From positions 1 to 64,000 of IMG/VR virus record IMGVR_UViG_2974624810_000001: a DNA stretch of 64,000 nucleotides; one strand, 5' to 3'. The first letter of the stretch is position 1. Each line of letters starts with the position of its first letter. The notes under the pieces are model-generated. The model saw only the letters and a program-made list of their open reading frames with translations. It had not been told where the DNA came from and did no database searches. Source of the DNA: a virus (taxonomy: Duplodnaviria; Caudoviricetes). Position numbers and translations under genes: made by a program. Of the stretch, positions 25,893-35,800 are shown piece by piece.

Positions 25893-27160
25893 AGATTGAG
25901 AAGGCATCCTGGCATTCTGATGAACATTCTGTTCGTCTTACAATGCCGATTGCAAAGTATGATGTCGAGAAGCGTCAGGTAAGTGGATTCGCCACTCTTG
26001 ACAACTTCGACTCTCACGGTGACGTGGTTCTAGCAGAGGCTTCACAGAAGGCTTTTGCTCGCTTCCGTGGAAATATTCGTGAGATGCATCAGCCTATTGC
26101 AGTGGGAAAGCTGGTCGACTTCAGGGAAGAAGAGTTCTACGACTCAACATCTCAGAAGTTCTACCGGGGCATTTTCGCAACTGCGTATGTCTCAAAGGGT
26201 GCTCAGGATACATGGGAAAAGGTACTTGACGGTACTCTAAGCGGTTTTAGTATCGGCGGTAGCATCGTAGACTCTGACACTGAGTGGAACAAGGATGCCC
26301 AGACAAACGTACGATTCATCAAGGACTACGAACTTATCGAACTCTCCCTTGTGGATAACCCAGCCAATCAGCTAGCCAATATTTTCAGCATTGAAAAGAT
26401 GGCCGGTGGCGAGAGGGTTATGAAGGGTATGGTAGTAGAAACCTCCGTAGAGAATGTCTTCTGGTGTCCAGCAGATGAAATCGCTAAGACTACAACCGAC
26501 GAATCTGCTACTTGTCGCGTATGCGAAAAGGAAATGCAGAACATTGGTTGGTTCGAGACTGACAGCAACCGACAGGAAGCAGTCAAGAATCTCGTACAGG
26601 AATTCACTAAGTCACAGGACACTGAAAAGGGAGGTGCAGAACAAATGGCAGATGAGCGTAAGGACGACGTTGCAGAGCAGGGTCGAGCCGAATCCGAGAC
26701 TCCAGTTGAGGAATCAACTACTGAGAATGCTCCAGAGGTTGAGGCCGATGGAACTGTTGAGTCCGGAGAAACAGCAGCAGAAGTAGACGAAGGTGGCGCT
26801 GAGGAGCCTAACTTCGAGAAGATGCTTGAGCAGGTCCAGGAAACAATTAAGAAGGGCCTGGAGCAGACTCGTGAAGCTACTGCTGAGGACATTAAGACTA
26901 TCGAGTCCAAGGTTGACGAAATCAACAAGGCATTCGATTCAAAGTTTTCTGAGCTAGTCGAAAAGCACGGCGAGCTTAGCAAGAAGTTTGACAGTCTAAC
27001 TGAGCAGCACGACGAGGTCGCAAAGCGACTTGACAGTGTTGAAAGTGCGACTGCTATCAAGAAGTCCGGCGACGTTGGCACGTCAAAGGAAGAGACCATT
27101 ACCAAGGGTAAGGGCTCAAAGTGGGGCGGACACTTCCTCAGTGTATCCGACATCAAGTAA
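25889..27160 (+). CDS. capsid maturation protease fused to scaffold
   Basis: IREMHQ, GFSIGG and ELSLVDNPAN, with an acidic coiled-coil C-terminus. Confidence 0.88.
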   Translation: MKIEKASWHSDEHSVRLTMPIAKYDVEKRQVSGFATLDNFDSHGDVVLAEASQKAFARFRGNIREMHQPIAVGKLVDFREEEFYDSTSQKFYRGIFATAYVSKGAQDTWEKVLDGTLSGFSIGGSIVDSDTEWNKDAQTNVRFIKDYELIELSLVDNPANQLANIFSIEKMAGGERVMKGMVVETSVENVFWCPADEIAKTTTDESATCRVCEKEMQNIGWFETDSNRQEAVKNLVQEFTKSQDTEKGGAEQMADERKDDVAEQGRAESETPVEESTTENAPEVEADGTVESGETAAEVDEGGAEEPNFEKMLEQVQETIKKGLEQTREATAEDIKTIESKVDEINKAFDSKFSELVEKHGELSKKFDSLTEQHDEVAKRLDSVESATAIKKSGDVGTSKEETITKGKGSKWGGHFLSVSDIK

Positions 27161-27191
27161 TCTAAGAAAAGGAAAGAGGTGAACAAACAAC

Positions 27192-28187
27192 ATGAGCGAT
27201 GAGCTAATTGAAAAGGTCATTCGTACCACTGAGGTAGCATCTGGTGGCGGTGGTCTGCTTAACGCAGAACAGTCCAACCGCTTTATCGATTACATGTGGG
27301 AAGCCACTGTTCTCGGTACCCAGGTTCGTACCATTCGTATGAGAGCCGACACAGTTGATATTGACAAGCTCGGAATTGGTGAGCGTCTAATGAGAGTAGC
27401 TACAGAGGCCGTTGACGACGGTGTAAACGCTGGAGCAACCTTCTCTAAGATTTCTCTAACCACCAAGAAGCTTCGTCTAGACTGGGAAATCTCAACCGAG
27501 TCCCTTGAAGACAACATTGAGGGTGACGCACTTGAGGACCACATTGCACGTCTAATGGCAACTCAGGCCGGTAACGACCTTGAGGACGTAGCTATTAACG
27601 GTAATACGGCCCTTACCACCGACCCTCTACTAAAGGCATTCGATGGATGGCGCAAGCGTGCACTCGCTGGAGGTCACGTAATTGACCACGGAGGTGCAGG
27701 CGTAGACCGTAGCGTCTTCAACAAGGCTCTTAAGGCAATGCCACGTAAGTACATGCAGCGTCGTAACGGCCTTAAGTTCTTCACAGGTTCCAATGTAATT
27801 CAGGACTACCTATTCAGCCTACAGAACACATCTGCTGACTATGTTACTCCAGAAGCCCTAGCGGCTGCGGGTATCAACAGTGGAGTTCGTACTGAGGGTC
27901 CAGCCGGTTTCACAACTGGTAATGCATTCGGTATCCCTGTACAGGAAGTTCCTCTATTCGAGGAGACTCTTGATGGAGACTACTCTGGTGCTTCAGGCGA
28001 CCACGCAGACGTATGGCTCACCTTCCCTAACAACATGCTGTGGGGAGTAAAGCGTGAAATCCAGGTCTTCCGTGAGTTCAAGCCTAAGAAGGACACCACG
28101 GAGTACACAATGTACTGCCGTGTAGGTACTCAGATTGAAAACGCAGACGCATTCGTTGTCGTCAAGAACGTCAAGATTGCAGCCTAA
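27192..28187 (+). CDS. major capsid protein
   Basis: GGLLNAEQSNRFI, LEDNIEG, INGN and AFVVVKNVK. Follows the protease. Confidence 0.92.
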   Translation: MSDELIEKVIRTTEVASGGGGLLNAEQSNRFIDYMWEATVLGTQVRTIRMRADTVDIDKLGIGERLMRVATEAVDDGVNAGATFSKISLTTKKLRLDWEISTESLEDNIEGDALEDHIARLMATQAGNDLEDVAINGNTALTTDPLLKAFDGWRKRALAGGHVIDHGGAGVDRSVFNKALKAMPRKYMQRRNGLKFFTGSNVIQDYLFSLQNTSADYVTPEALAAAGINSGVRTEGPAGFTTGNAFGIPVQEVPLFEETLDGDYSGASGDHADVWLTFPNNMLWGVKREIQVFREFKPKKDTTEYTMYCRVGTQIENADAFVVVKNVKIAA

Positions 28188-28267
28188 TCAACCTGGCACA
28201 ACTTAATAGCGAAAGAGGGCTTCGGCCCTCTTTCTGCATTGTGCTACAATCATTGTATGGAGGATGA

Positions 28268-28678
28268 ATGAGTTTCGATAAAATGAAGGTCGACGAGCTT
28301 CGGCAGATTGCTGATGACTTTGCCGTCGACATTGACCCAAAGGACAACAAGAGCACAGTTGTAGCCAAGCTAGTTGAGAATGGTGTAACATGGGATTACT
28401 ACCAGAAGCAGCTAGGCGACCAGGCCGAGGCAGAAGAAAACCCGGCTCCAATTGTTGCTCCTACACCAAAGTTTGATGAACCTGCTGAAGCAGAAGAAGA
28501 GGCCAAGATACTTCTACGTATGACTCGTGAGAATGGTACCTTTGAAGTAAGAGGTGCTAGATTCACCAAGGCTAATCCTTACGCAATTGTAAGAGAGCGT
28601 GACGCAGACTACATCATCGAGAATTATGAAGGATTCAGGATTGCTTCCCCAAGGGAAGTCAAGGAGTTCTATAGCTGA
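28268..28678 (+). CDS. hypothetical virion protein (Rho-N/HeH-like N-terminus)
   Basis: MKVDELRQIA...NKSTVV. Confidence 0.65.
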   Translation: MSFDKMKVDELRQIADDFAVDIDPKDNKSTVVAKLVENGVTWDYYQKQLGDQAEAEENPAPIVAPTPKFDEPAEAEEEAKILLRMTRENGTFEVRGARFTKANPYAIVRERDADYIIENYEGFRIASPREVKEFYS

Positions 28679-28734
28679 CAGAGGCCCGAAAGGGCCTCTT
28701 TGCTATTTAACCCGAAACAATCTATAATGCAGTC

Positions 28735-29604
28735 ATGGAAATCTACCGAGACACTACAGAAACTGTTAAGCTGGAACATCCAGTAACAGGACCACTAACC
28801 GCTGATGTTTATCGCGGTGACACTCTGATTTCCGCAAATCAGCCGGTAACCACGACAGGCACTGTTCACACCACCACAATTGACTGGCCATTGACAGAAT
28901 ATGACGGCACATTGAAGATTGTGTGGAAGAAGACTGGCTTCTCACGCGTTACCTGGGAAGAAGTTGTTACGCCAATCATTCCTTTGTCTGACCTTGCTGT
29001 ACTCCTTGAAGATGTGACTGAGCAGGAGCGTTATGACGCAGAGGCTGTAGTCCGACGAATTGTAGAAGCTTATACAGGACAGACATTCGGCAAGTTCCGA
29101 GGAACCAAGGAGGTCAATGGAAATGATGGCACGCAGCTAGCCCTTCCAAACCCTCTCCTGACTTTTACAGATGTCTCGGACAACCAGTTTACCTACGAGG
29201 TTTCTTCATTTGTCACAAGGGGCCAGGGATGGTTTCTAGCAGGTGCTCCAGGTGCTTACTGGACCATCAAGGACGCTCCACCAGAGGATGTGCTAGATGA
29301 TTTCAACAACGTCATCTATGCGCCCGGCACCGTAAAGAAGCGAGACTTTGCTTATACCAATACCTATGTAATTACTGGAGACTGGGGATACGAATCAGTT
29401 CCTTATCCAGTAGTTCAGGCAGCAAAGATGCTTCTATCCGATTATGCATGCCAGGACAGTTCATACCGTGACAGGTACCTTGAATCAATGAAGGCTGCTG
29501 ACTGGAGAATTCAGTTTACTCAGGCTGCCTATGATGGCACTGGAAATCTGAAGGCTGACCAACTTCTTAACGACTACAAGCTGACTAATCTGGCGGTAAT
29601 ATGA
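28735..29604 (+). CDS. head-to-tail adaptor
   Basis: Position, plus ITGDWGYESVP..V.QAA. Confidence 0.7.
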   Translation: MEIYRDTTETVKLEHPVTGPLTADVYRGDTLISANQPVTTTGTVHTTTIDWPLTEYDGTLKIVWKKTGFSRVTWEEVVTPIIPLSDLAVLLEDVTEQERYDAEAVVRRIVEAYTGQTFGKFRGTKEVNGNDGTQLALPNPLLTFTDVSDNQFTYEVSSFVTRGQGWFLAGAPGAYWTIKDAPPEDVLDDFNNVIYAPGTVKKRDFAYTNTYVITGDWGYESVPYPVVQAAKMLLSDYACQDSSYRDRYLESMKAADWRIQFTQAAYDGTGNLKADQLLNDYKLTNLAVI

Positions 29605-30101
29605 GTTGTCTTCTTTCTTCCCGATTCAATATGCGAGCAACTGTTCTTCGGCAGTCTGGAACCAATCCACAGGAAAATCCCGGTGGTCATTGGGAGACTG
29701 TTCAGGACCCTGATTCTGGTGCAATTAAAAGAGTATGGGTACCAGACGAAGACAGTGATACTCCAGGCAATCAGACCCTTGTCATCAATTGCATGGTAAG
29801 AGGTGTGACCAATGGAGGTATCCGAGTCGCAGGAACAACCCAGAGATATTCTGAAATTTACGAGAACATCGACTGGGCAACTCTTGTATTCCCTCGCAAT
29901 GTCATTCTGAGCAAGCGTGACAGAATCACTAATGTCTCCAATTCAAAGGGGCAGCTCATCTGGAAGGAAGAGGAGATTGAAGGGGCACCAGCGACAGTAT
30001 TCATAGTCATGGGTGTTACTCCAGTTATTGACCCATTTGGAAATCACATCGAGAACACTGCATTGATTCAAAGAGCGCAGGTGCAAAGTGGCCAAGGGTA
30101 A
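29601..30101 (+). CDS. head-to-tail stopper
   Basis: Synteny. Confidence 0.6.
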   Translation: MSCLLSSRFNMRATVLRQSGTNPQENPGGHWETVQDPDSGAIKRVWVPDEDSDTPGNQTLVINCMVRGVTNGGIRVAGTTQRYSEIYENIDWATLVFPRNVILSKRDRITNVSNSKGQLIWKEEEIEGAPATVFIVMGVTPVIDPFGNHIENTALIQRAQVQSGQG

Positions 30102-30882
30102 GGCATACCTGGCAATCAATGCAGACACAATTGAAGTGTCTGCATTGTCTGGTTTTATCACCAATCTGTCTGCCAAGGTCGGTATGGATGTCAATACAGC
30201 CCCTGTATTGAAGTTCGCTCACGAGAGAATGTCTGAGCGATTCGATAGCTATATGTCTGTCATTGCCCCTGCTGCTCCTGGTCAATTCCATCACGTATAT
30301 GACTGGGACAGAATTGGTGTTCCACAGTACCAGCTCTGGAGGAATGTATTGAGAGGGCGCGGCAATGAGCGATACGCTTCTTTTGAATTCAGAGCATCAG
30401 TTCGTCCAGTGCCATTTCCTGAAGGAGCAAAGAAGCCTTTCCGAAGGAAGCACAGGTTCGTCTACAAGGCTATGATTATGGAATACAACATTGGTGTTAC
30501 CATCAGGCCAAAGAGAGCAAAGATGCTTGCCTTCCCTGTAGACGACCGAGTCATTTTCACAAAGGGTCCGGTATTCGTAGAGAATCCTGGTGGTGCTGCA
30601 ACCACTGGAGCCTTCACAGCAGCATGGACAAATTGGTGGGCAGGAGCCGGTGCAGAGCAGGTATTCAATTCAGAAATCAAGCGTACACTGGAAAACGACC
30701 TGTCAGAAAAAGCAATGGCTAGATTCATGAGGAGATTTAAGCCAGCACGCAAGAAGGTCACTAAGCTGACCATCGCAGACAACAACGCTGCCTTTGCCAA
30801 TGGAGCAAAGCTGGCAGAAGAATTCCTCAAGGAACGAAACAGAAAGAACGCGGCACGAAGAAAGGTAACCGATGACGTATAA
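30088..30882 (+). CDS. neck/tail-completion-type protein
   Basis: Synteny, basic protein. Confidence 0.5.
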   Translation: MAKGKAYLAINADTIEVSALSGFITNLSAKVGMDVNTAPVLKFAHERMSERFDSYMSVIAPAAPGQFHHVYDWDRIGVPQYQLWRNVLRGRGNERYASFEFRASVRPVPFPEGAKKPFRRKHRFVYKAMIMEYNIGVTIRPKRAKMLAFPVDDRVIFTKGPVFVENPGGAATTGAFTAAWTNWWAGAGAEQVFNSEIKRTLENDLSEKAMARFMRRFKPARKKVTKLTIADNNAAFANGAKLAEEFLKERNRKNAARRKVTDDV

Positions 30883-31375
30883 CATTAGTGGAAGCCACGC
30901 AGTCAATAGATTTACTCAGGCCAAGCTCATAGAGCAGGGTCTTCTTAACCTGTCCAATTACGACGGCCTTTCTCCATTCCTTCCGGCACAGCAGCAGCCG
31001 GAATTCACTAACGAACCATCACATATTCCATTCTTCGTTTACAATTACGCGCAGACAGGCGGATATGAGGAATGGTGGCTCGAACATGAAGAACTTGCCT
31101 ATGTCATGTACTGTGACGATGAAGAACTAATCCGTAAGACAATCCATTATCTCAATCAGCTTTTCAAGCGATATGATTGGTCTGCTGATGAAGTAAACGA
31201 CTGGATTCGAGCAAATGGCTCGGCAGCACAGAAGGCATTCAATTTCAAGTACATCAGAGTAATCAATATGACATCAACTGAACCAGCCACAGAAGAGGGC
31301 GGCAGGCATTCAGCAATGGTTGTGCTCCGTCTTTGCTACACATCCGACCTTGACCAGGACGGAATGAGAGTCTAG
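30872..31375 (+). CDS. tail terminator
   Basis: Synteny before major tail. Confidence 0.6.
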   Translation: MTYNISGSHAVNRFTQAKLIEQGLLNLSNYDGLSPFLPAQQQPEFTNEPSHIPFFVYNYAQTGGYEEWWLEHEELAYVMYCDDEELIRKTIHYLNQLFKRYDWSADEVNDWIRANGSAAQKAFNFKYIRVINMTSTEPATEEGGRHSAMVVLRLCYTSDLDQDGMRV

Positions 31376-31466
31376 TTTGCTTCATAACCTGTGTGCCATT
31401 AACATAATCTTGAGGAAGTGCTCTAGCCAAGCGATACTTTTTCAAGAAAAGAGGTGAAAAGCAAAC

Positions 31467-32090
31467 ATGGCATATCAGGTTAAGAACATTATTATTGGTG
31501 CAGCCGCAGTCTACCTATCAGCAGAGGACTCTACTGAATGGACTAGCGCACCAGCCCTTCCAACCGTTTCCGGAACAGCCAGCTACGTTCCTGCACTCGA
31601 TGCAGATGCTGCATGGCGTCACTCTGGATTCACCAGTGAAGGTGTCGAGGTTTCTTACGAGCCAGACTACGGTGAGGTAGAAGTTGACCAGCTCCTTGAC
31701 TCTGCGAAGCTATTCAAGCAGTCTATGCGAGTTATGGTAAACACAACCTTCTCCGAGGCAACACTTGAGAATCTTCTCATTGTATGGGGTCAGCAGAACA
31801 GCACGTTCGACTCCACCGCAACCGAAGAGACCCTGGACATTGCAGCCGGTTCTCTTGGAGACGAGCCAACAGAGCGTTCCGTAGCATTTGTCGGTCCTGC
31901 ACCACGTGCAGCAGCCGGTACGAAGAGAGAGCGTATTTACCACGTAAGACGTGCTCTGTCAATTGAGTCTTCTTCTCACTCACTGAGAAGGAACGAGGCA
32001 ACGGTATTCCCAGTCTCATTCCGACTTCTTCCAGACCCAAGCTTCTCTGGTCAGGAATACGGTGTGATTAAGGACAGGAACATCGCCTAA
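31467..32090 (+). CDS. major tail protein
   Basis: GFTSEGVEVSYEP, VDQL and EATLENL. Confidence 0.85.
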   Translation: MAYQVKNIIIGAAAVYLSAEDSTEWTSAPALPTVSGTASYVPALDADAAWRHSGFTSEGVEVSYEPDYGEVEVDQLLDSAKLFKQSMRVMVNTTFSEATLENLLIVWGQQNSTFDSTATEETLDIAAGSLGDEPTERSVAFVGPAPRAAAGTKRERIYHVRRALSIESSSHSLRRNEATVFPVSFRLLPDPSFSGQEYGVIKDRNIA

Positions 32091-32187
32091 TCCAATGACT
32101 TTCAGCGTTAGCCCCCGAAAGGGGGCTTTCGCATTTTGGATTATGATAAGCCGTTGATATAATCGAGTTAAACACATAGGAGGAAAT

Positions 32188-32532
32188 GTGGCAACAAGCG
32201 TATACACAATCGAGGAGATTGTGCTACAGGACGGTAATGAGGTGACACTCAAGCCGCTAAACATTAAGGGACTTCGAAAGTTCATGAAGAAGTTCAAGGA
32301 ACTGGAGAATCTTAAGGATGACGACCAGGTAGTTGACTTCCTTATTGAAGTTGGTCAGCTATGTCTGTCATCTCTACACCCAGAGTATGCTGATACAGAC
32401 AAGTATGAGGATGCTGTTGACATGCCAACAGTCCACAAGATTATTGAAATCTGTGGAGGGGTAAAGCTAAATGACCCGGAACTGATGGCCGCAGCGGCGG
32501 CAGTGATGGAGCAGCAAGCTGGGACGAGCTGA
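32188..32532 (+). CDS. tail assembly chaperone
   Basis: Between major tail and tape measure. Confidence 0.8.
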   Translation: MATSVYTIEEIVLQDGNEVTLKPLNIKGLRKFMKKFKELENLKDDDQVVDFLIEVGQLCLSSLHPEYADTDKYEDAVDMPTVHKIIEICGGVKLNDPELMAAAAAVMEQQAGTS

Positions 32533-32831
32533 ATCTAGTTCAGCTTGAAGCAGAGCTTTTTATGCTAGGCATTTGGAAGAACTTTGAAGAGATGGAAGAA
32601 AATCTCACGATTGCAGAACTGGAAAGACTTCTCGAAGCAAAGCGAGACCAGGATTTTGCAAACAAGAAATTCGCGGCAGCACTGAAGGGCATTGACCTTG
32701 ATGAGCCAGGCGATAAGGAAACACCAACCTTCGAAGACATCAAGCGCAGAGCACAGGCCAAGGCCAAGGGAGTTTCAGCAGAGAGTCTGGAATTCGCTGA
32801 AATTGGAATTGGTATAGAAGGAGATGACTGA
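32520..32831 (+). CDS. tail assembly chaperone C-terminal part (-1 frame)
   Basis: The -1 frame is open from 32475 and overlaps the upstream chaperone. Confidence 0.65.
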   Translation, partial: WDELNLVQLEAELFMLGIWKNFEEMEENLTIAELERLLEAKRDQDFANKKFAAALKGIDLDEPGDKETPTFEDIKRRAQAKAKGVSAESLEFAEIGIGIEGDD

Positions 32832-32833
32832 CA

Positions 32834-35800
32834 ATAGAGAATATTAATATCCGCTTTACAGCTACAGCGGACTTCCGTGGGGCAGCTCGTGAAATCGAGG
32901 CCATTAATGCACAGCTTGCAGCAATGCAGGCTAATCTCGCACGCGGAATGACACCTGCTGCACTAGCTACAAATCAGGCGGCATTCAGGAATCAGGTTCG
33001 CAGTCTCGGTAGCATGACTACCGAGACTATGCGTGTTGCTTCTGCGTCTGAAATGTACACTAAGGCGCTGCTAAAGGAGGATGTTACTCTTCGTCAGGCT
33101 CTAAGGAACCGACAGACATTCAATCAGGTTCTTAGAGAACAGTACCAGCTAAGTAGAGCTGCCTCAATGCAGTGGAGTACCAACAACCGAGGTGGCTCTA
33201 CTATGGACCTTATCGTGCCTAGAGACGCCCCAGCGCGCCTAGGTAATTTGCGTCAAACGATGGCAGCCGTTCGTGCCCAGACCATTTCTATGAATGTTGC
33301 TCTGGGCGAAATGGCCATCAAGATGGGTCTTGTCAGCCAGGTAGCGGCATCAGCCGGTGCCAACATGATTAAGTGGGGTAAGAACACTCAGTGGGCTGGT
33401 CGTCAGCTCATGGTTGGTTTGACTATGCCTGTTCTTGCGGCCGGTGCTGCAATGGGTAAGCTTGCATACGATGTCGAAAAGGAAATGACTCGTATCAACA
33501 AGGTTTACGACTTCTCTGCTACTCGTGATGAGAATGCTGCAAAGCATGCTCAGGAAACCGCATCACTTCGTGCAAATTCACTAAGAGCTGCACGTACTGC
33601 TGCGGAGCAGTATGGTGCCTCAATGACAGACACCCTGAAGGTAGAAGCAAATCTTGCTGCAACAGGTGAGCGAGGAAGCGACCTCATCGCAAAGACTACA
33701 GAGGTTATGCGTCTCGCAACTCTTGGTGAATTCGATTACCAGAAGGCTCTTGACGCTACCATTACATTGCAGTCTGTTTACAAGATGAGCGCTGACGAAC
33801 TCTCTGAGAGCTTCAACTACATGAACTCTGTCGAGAACGCAACCTCACTCTCAATTGAAGACTTCGCTCTGGCTATTCCAAAGGTAGCTGGACCTATGAA
33901 CCAGCTTGGAGGCTCCCTCCAGGATGTTGGTACCCTATTGACAGCTATGCGTTCACGTGGTATTCAGGCTGTTGAGGGTGCTAACGCAATTAAGTCTTCA
34001 TTCACCCGAGTCCTCAATGCAACTGGCCCGGCAAAGAAGATGTTCGAGGTCTATACTCACCAGACCCTTGAAGACCTTATCCAGAAGACAAAGGGTGAGG
34101 TAATTCCTACCTTCATGGAGCTGTACAAGGCTACAGCAAACCTAGAGCCACTTCAGCGTCAGAGAATCTTTTCAAAGCTATTTGGTACCCAGCAGAACAC
34201 CCGACTACAGGCAATCACCGATGAAATGGCCAACCTGAACGACGAAACAACTCAGGTAGGTAAGGCATACGCAATTGCTAAGCAGGAGGGCTCTGAATGG
34301 GCTGCTAGTGCTGACCGAGAGATGGACGCATTGCAGAAGTCTGCTTCTGGTCGTTTGAAGATTGCTATTGAGTCATTGAAGGTTGAGCTGGCAGAAGCTG
34401 GTAAGCCGTTCCTTGACATTGCCGGATACATCGTAAGAGGTGTTAGTGCAATCGTCAAGGCATTCAACGACCTTCCAGGACCAGTCAAGTCATTCGCATC
34501 TATTGTGATTATCGCTGGTGCTATTGCTGGTCCAGTCATTATGCTTATTGGTTTGTTCGCCAACCTGGCAGGACAGGCAGTAAAGATGGGCGCAGGTCTT
34601 CTTGGACTCGTATTCCGATTCCGTGCGCTCCTTCCAGAACAGGTTGCATCCCGTCTTGCCTCAATGCAGCAGACTGCGGCAATGCAGACTCAGCAGGGTC
34701 AGACTCAGGCTCTTATCGCAACGGTAAATGAGCTTACCGCAGCTCTAGGCAGAGCAACCGCAGCACAGCAAGGATTGACTCAGGCACAGAGGACAGGACA
34801 GGCGACATCAGGAATTCGACCTGGTGTAGTTTCTGGTGCTCCCCTTCCACCTCAGACAGCCCCAACCCCAACCATAACCGGACCAATTACAATGACCGGT
34901 GCGGGATATCGTGATGCCGCTGGACGTGCCCTTACTCAGCAGGAAGTAAGAAATTGGCAGGCAGCTCAGGCAGCCTCTGCAAGCATTAACAATAACTCTG
35001 CTGCAACACGTCGTAATTGGCAGCAAATGGGAAGCAGTTTCCAGAACCTTGCTCTAGGTGCAGCAATCGTTGGAACCATGGCAACTGAATCTGGCTCAAT
35101 GGCAAACAACATCGCTCAGATGATGATTCCTCTAGCCCTCTTCGGACCAATGCTTATTGGCCCGGTAGTAAGATTCGCTGGAGCTATTAGAACAATTGCT
35201 ATGCCTGCCCTCACAGCCCTAGGAACAGCAGCTTCTTCAGTATTCGGCAGCATCGCAACCAGAGGACGTACAGCAATGGGAGCAGTTCGTACTTCCATTG
35301 GTGGAGCAGTTGCGGCAATGGGTGGACTAAGCGCGGTAATGGGAACAGTACTTGCTGTAGCCCTTGCAATTGGTGCTGCATGGTATATCATCAACAAGAA
35401 TGTAGCAGCTTCTCGAAAGGAACAGGAAAACATCGAGAAGTCTTCTGAGGCATGGGCAAAGACTCTTGGATTCACCTACACAGAACAGCAGAAGATTGTT
35501 GCTCAGGGAACTGAGAATGTTTCTTCTCTAAATGACAAGATGAATGAATTCAAGAAGAACAACAAGGACGCCTATGCGGACATTCAGAAGTTCTACGACG
35601 CAGATGAAGCAGAGAAGTGGGGCCGTGCAATTGAAGAGGGTGTAAAGGTTCGTCTTCACGGAGGAACCGTAAACGCGGCACAGGAAGCCGTCCGTACCTC
35701 TCTTGCAATCATGGGTCAGCGCTACTCAAATGCCGAGTTCAAGTATAAGCTAAAGGCGCAGATTGACTTCGACGATGTTTCTCAGGTTATCGAGAAGCGT

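Noticed and set aside
26368-27186. 272-aa minus-strand ORF and similar antisense ORFs in TMP and DnaE
   Set aside because: Ser-rich mirror of the real acidic sense protein, with no expression signals.
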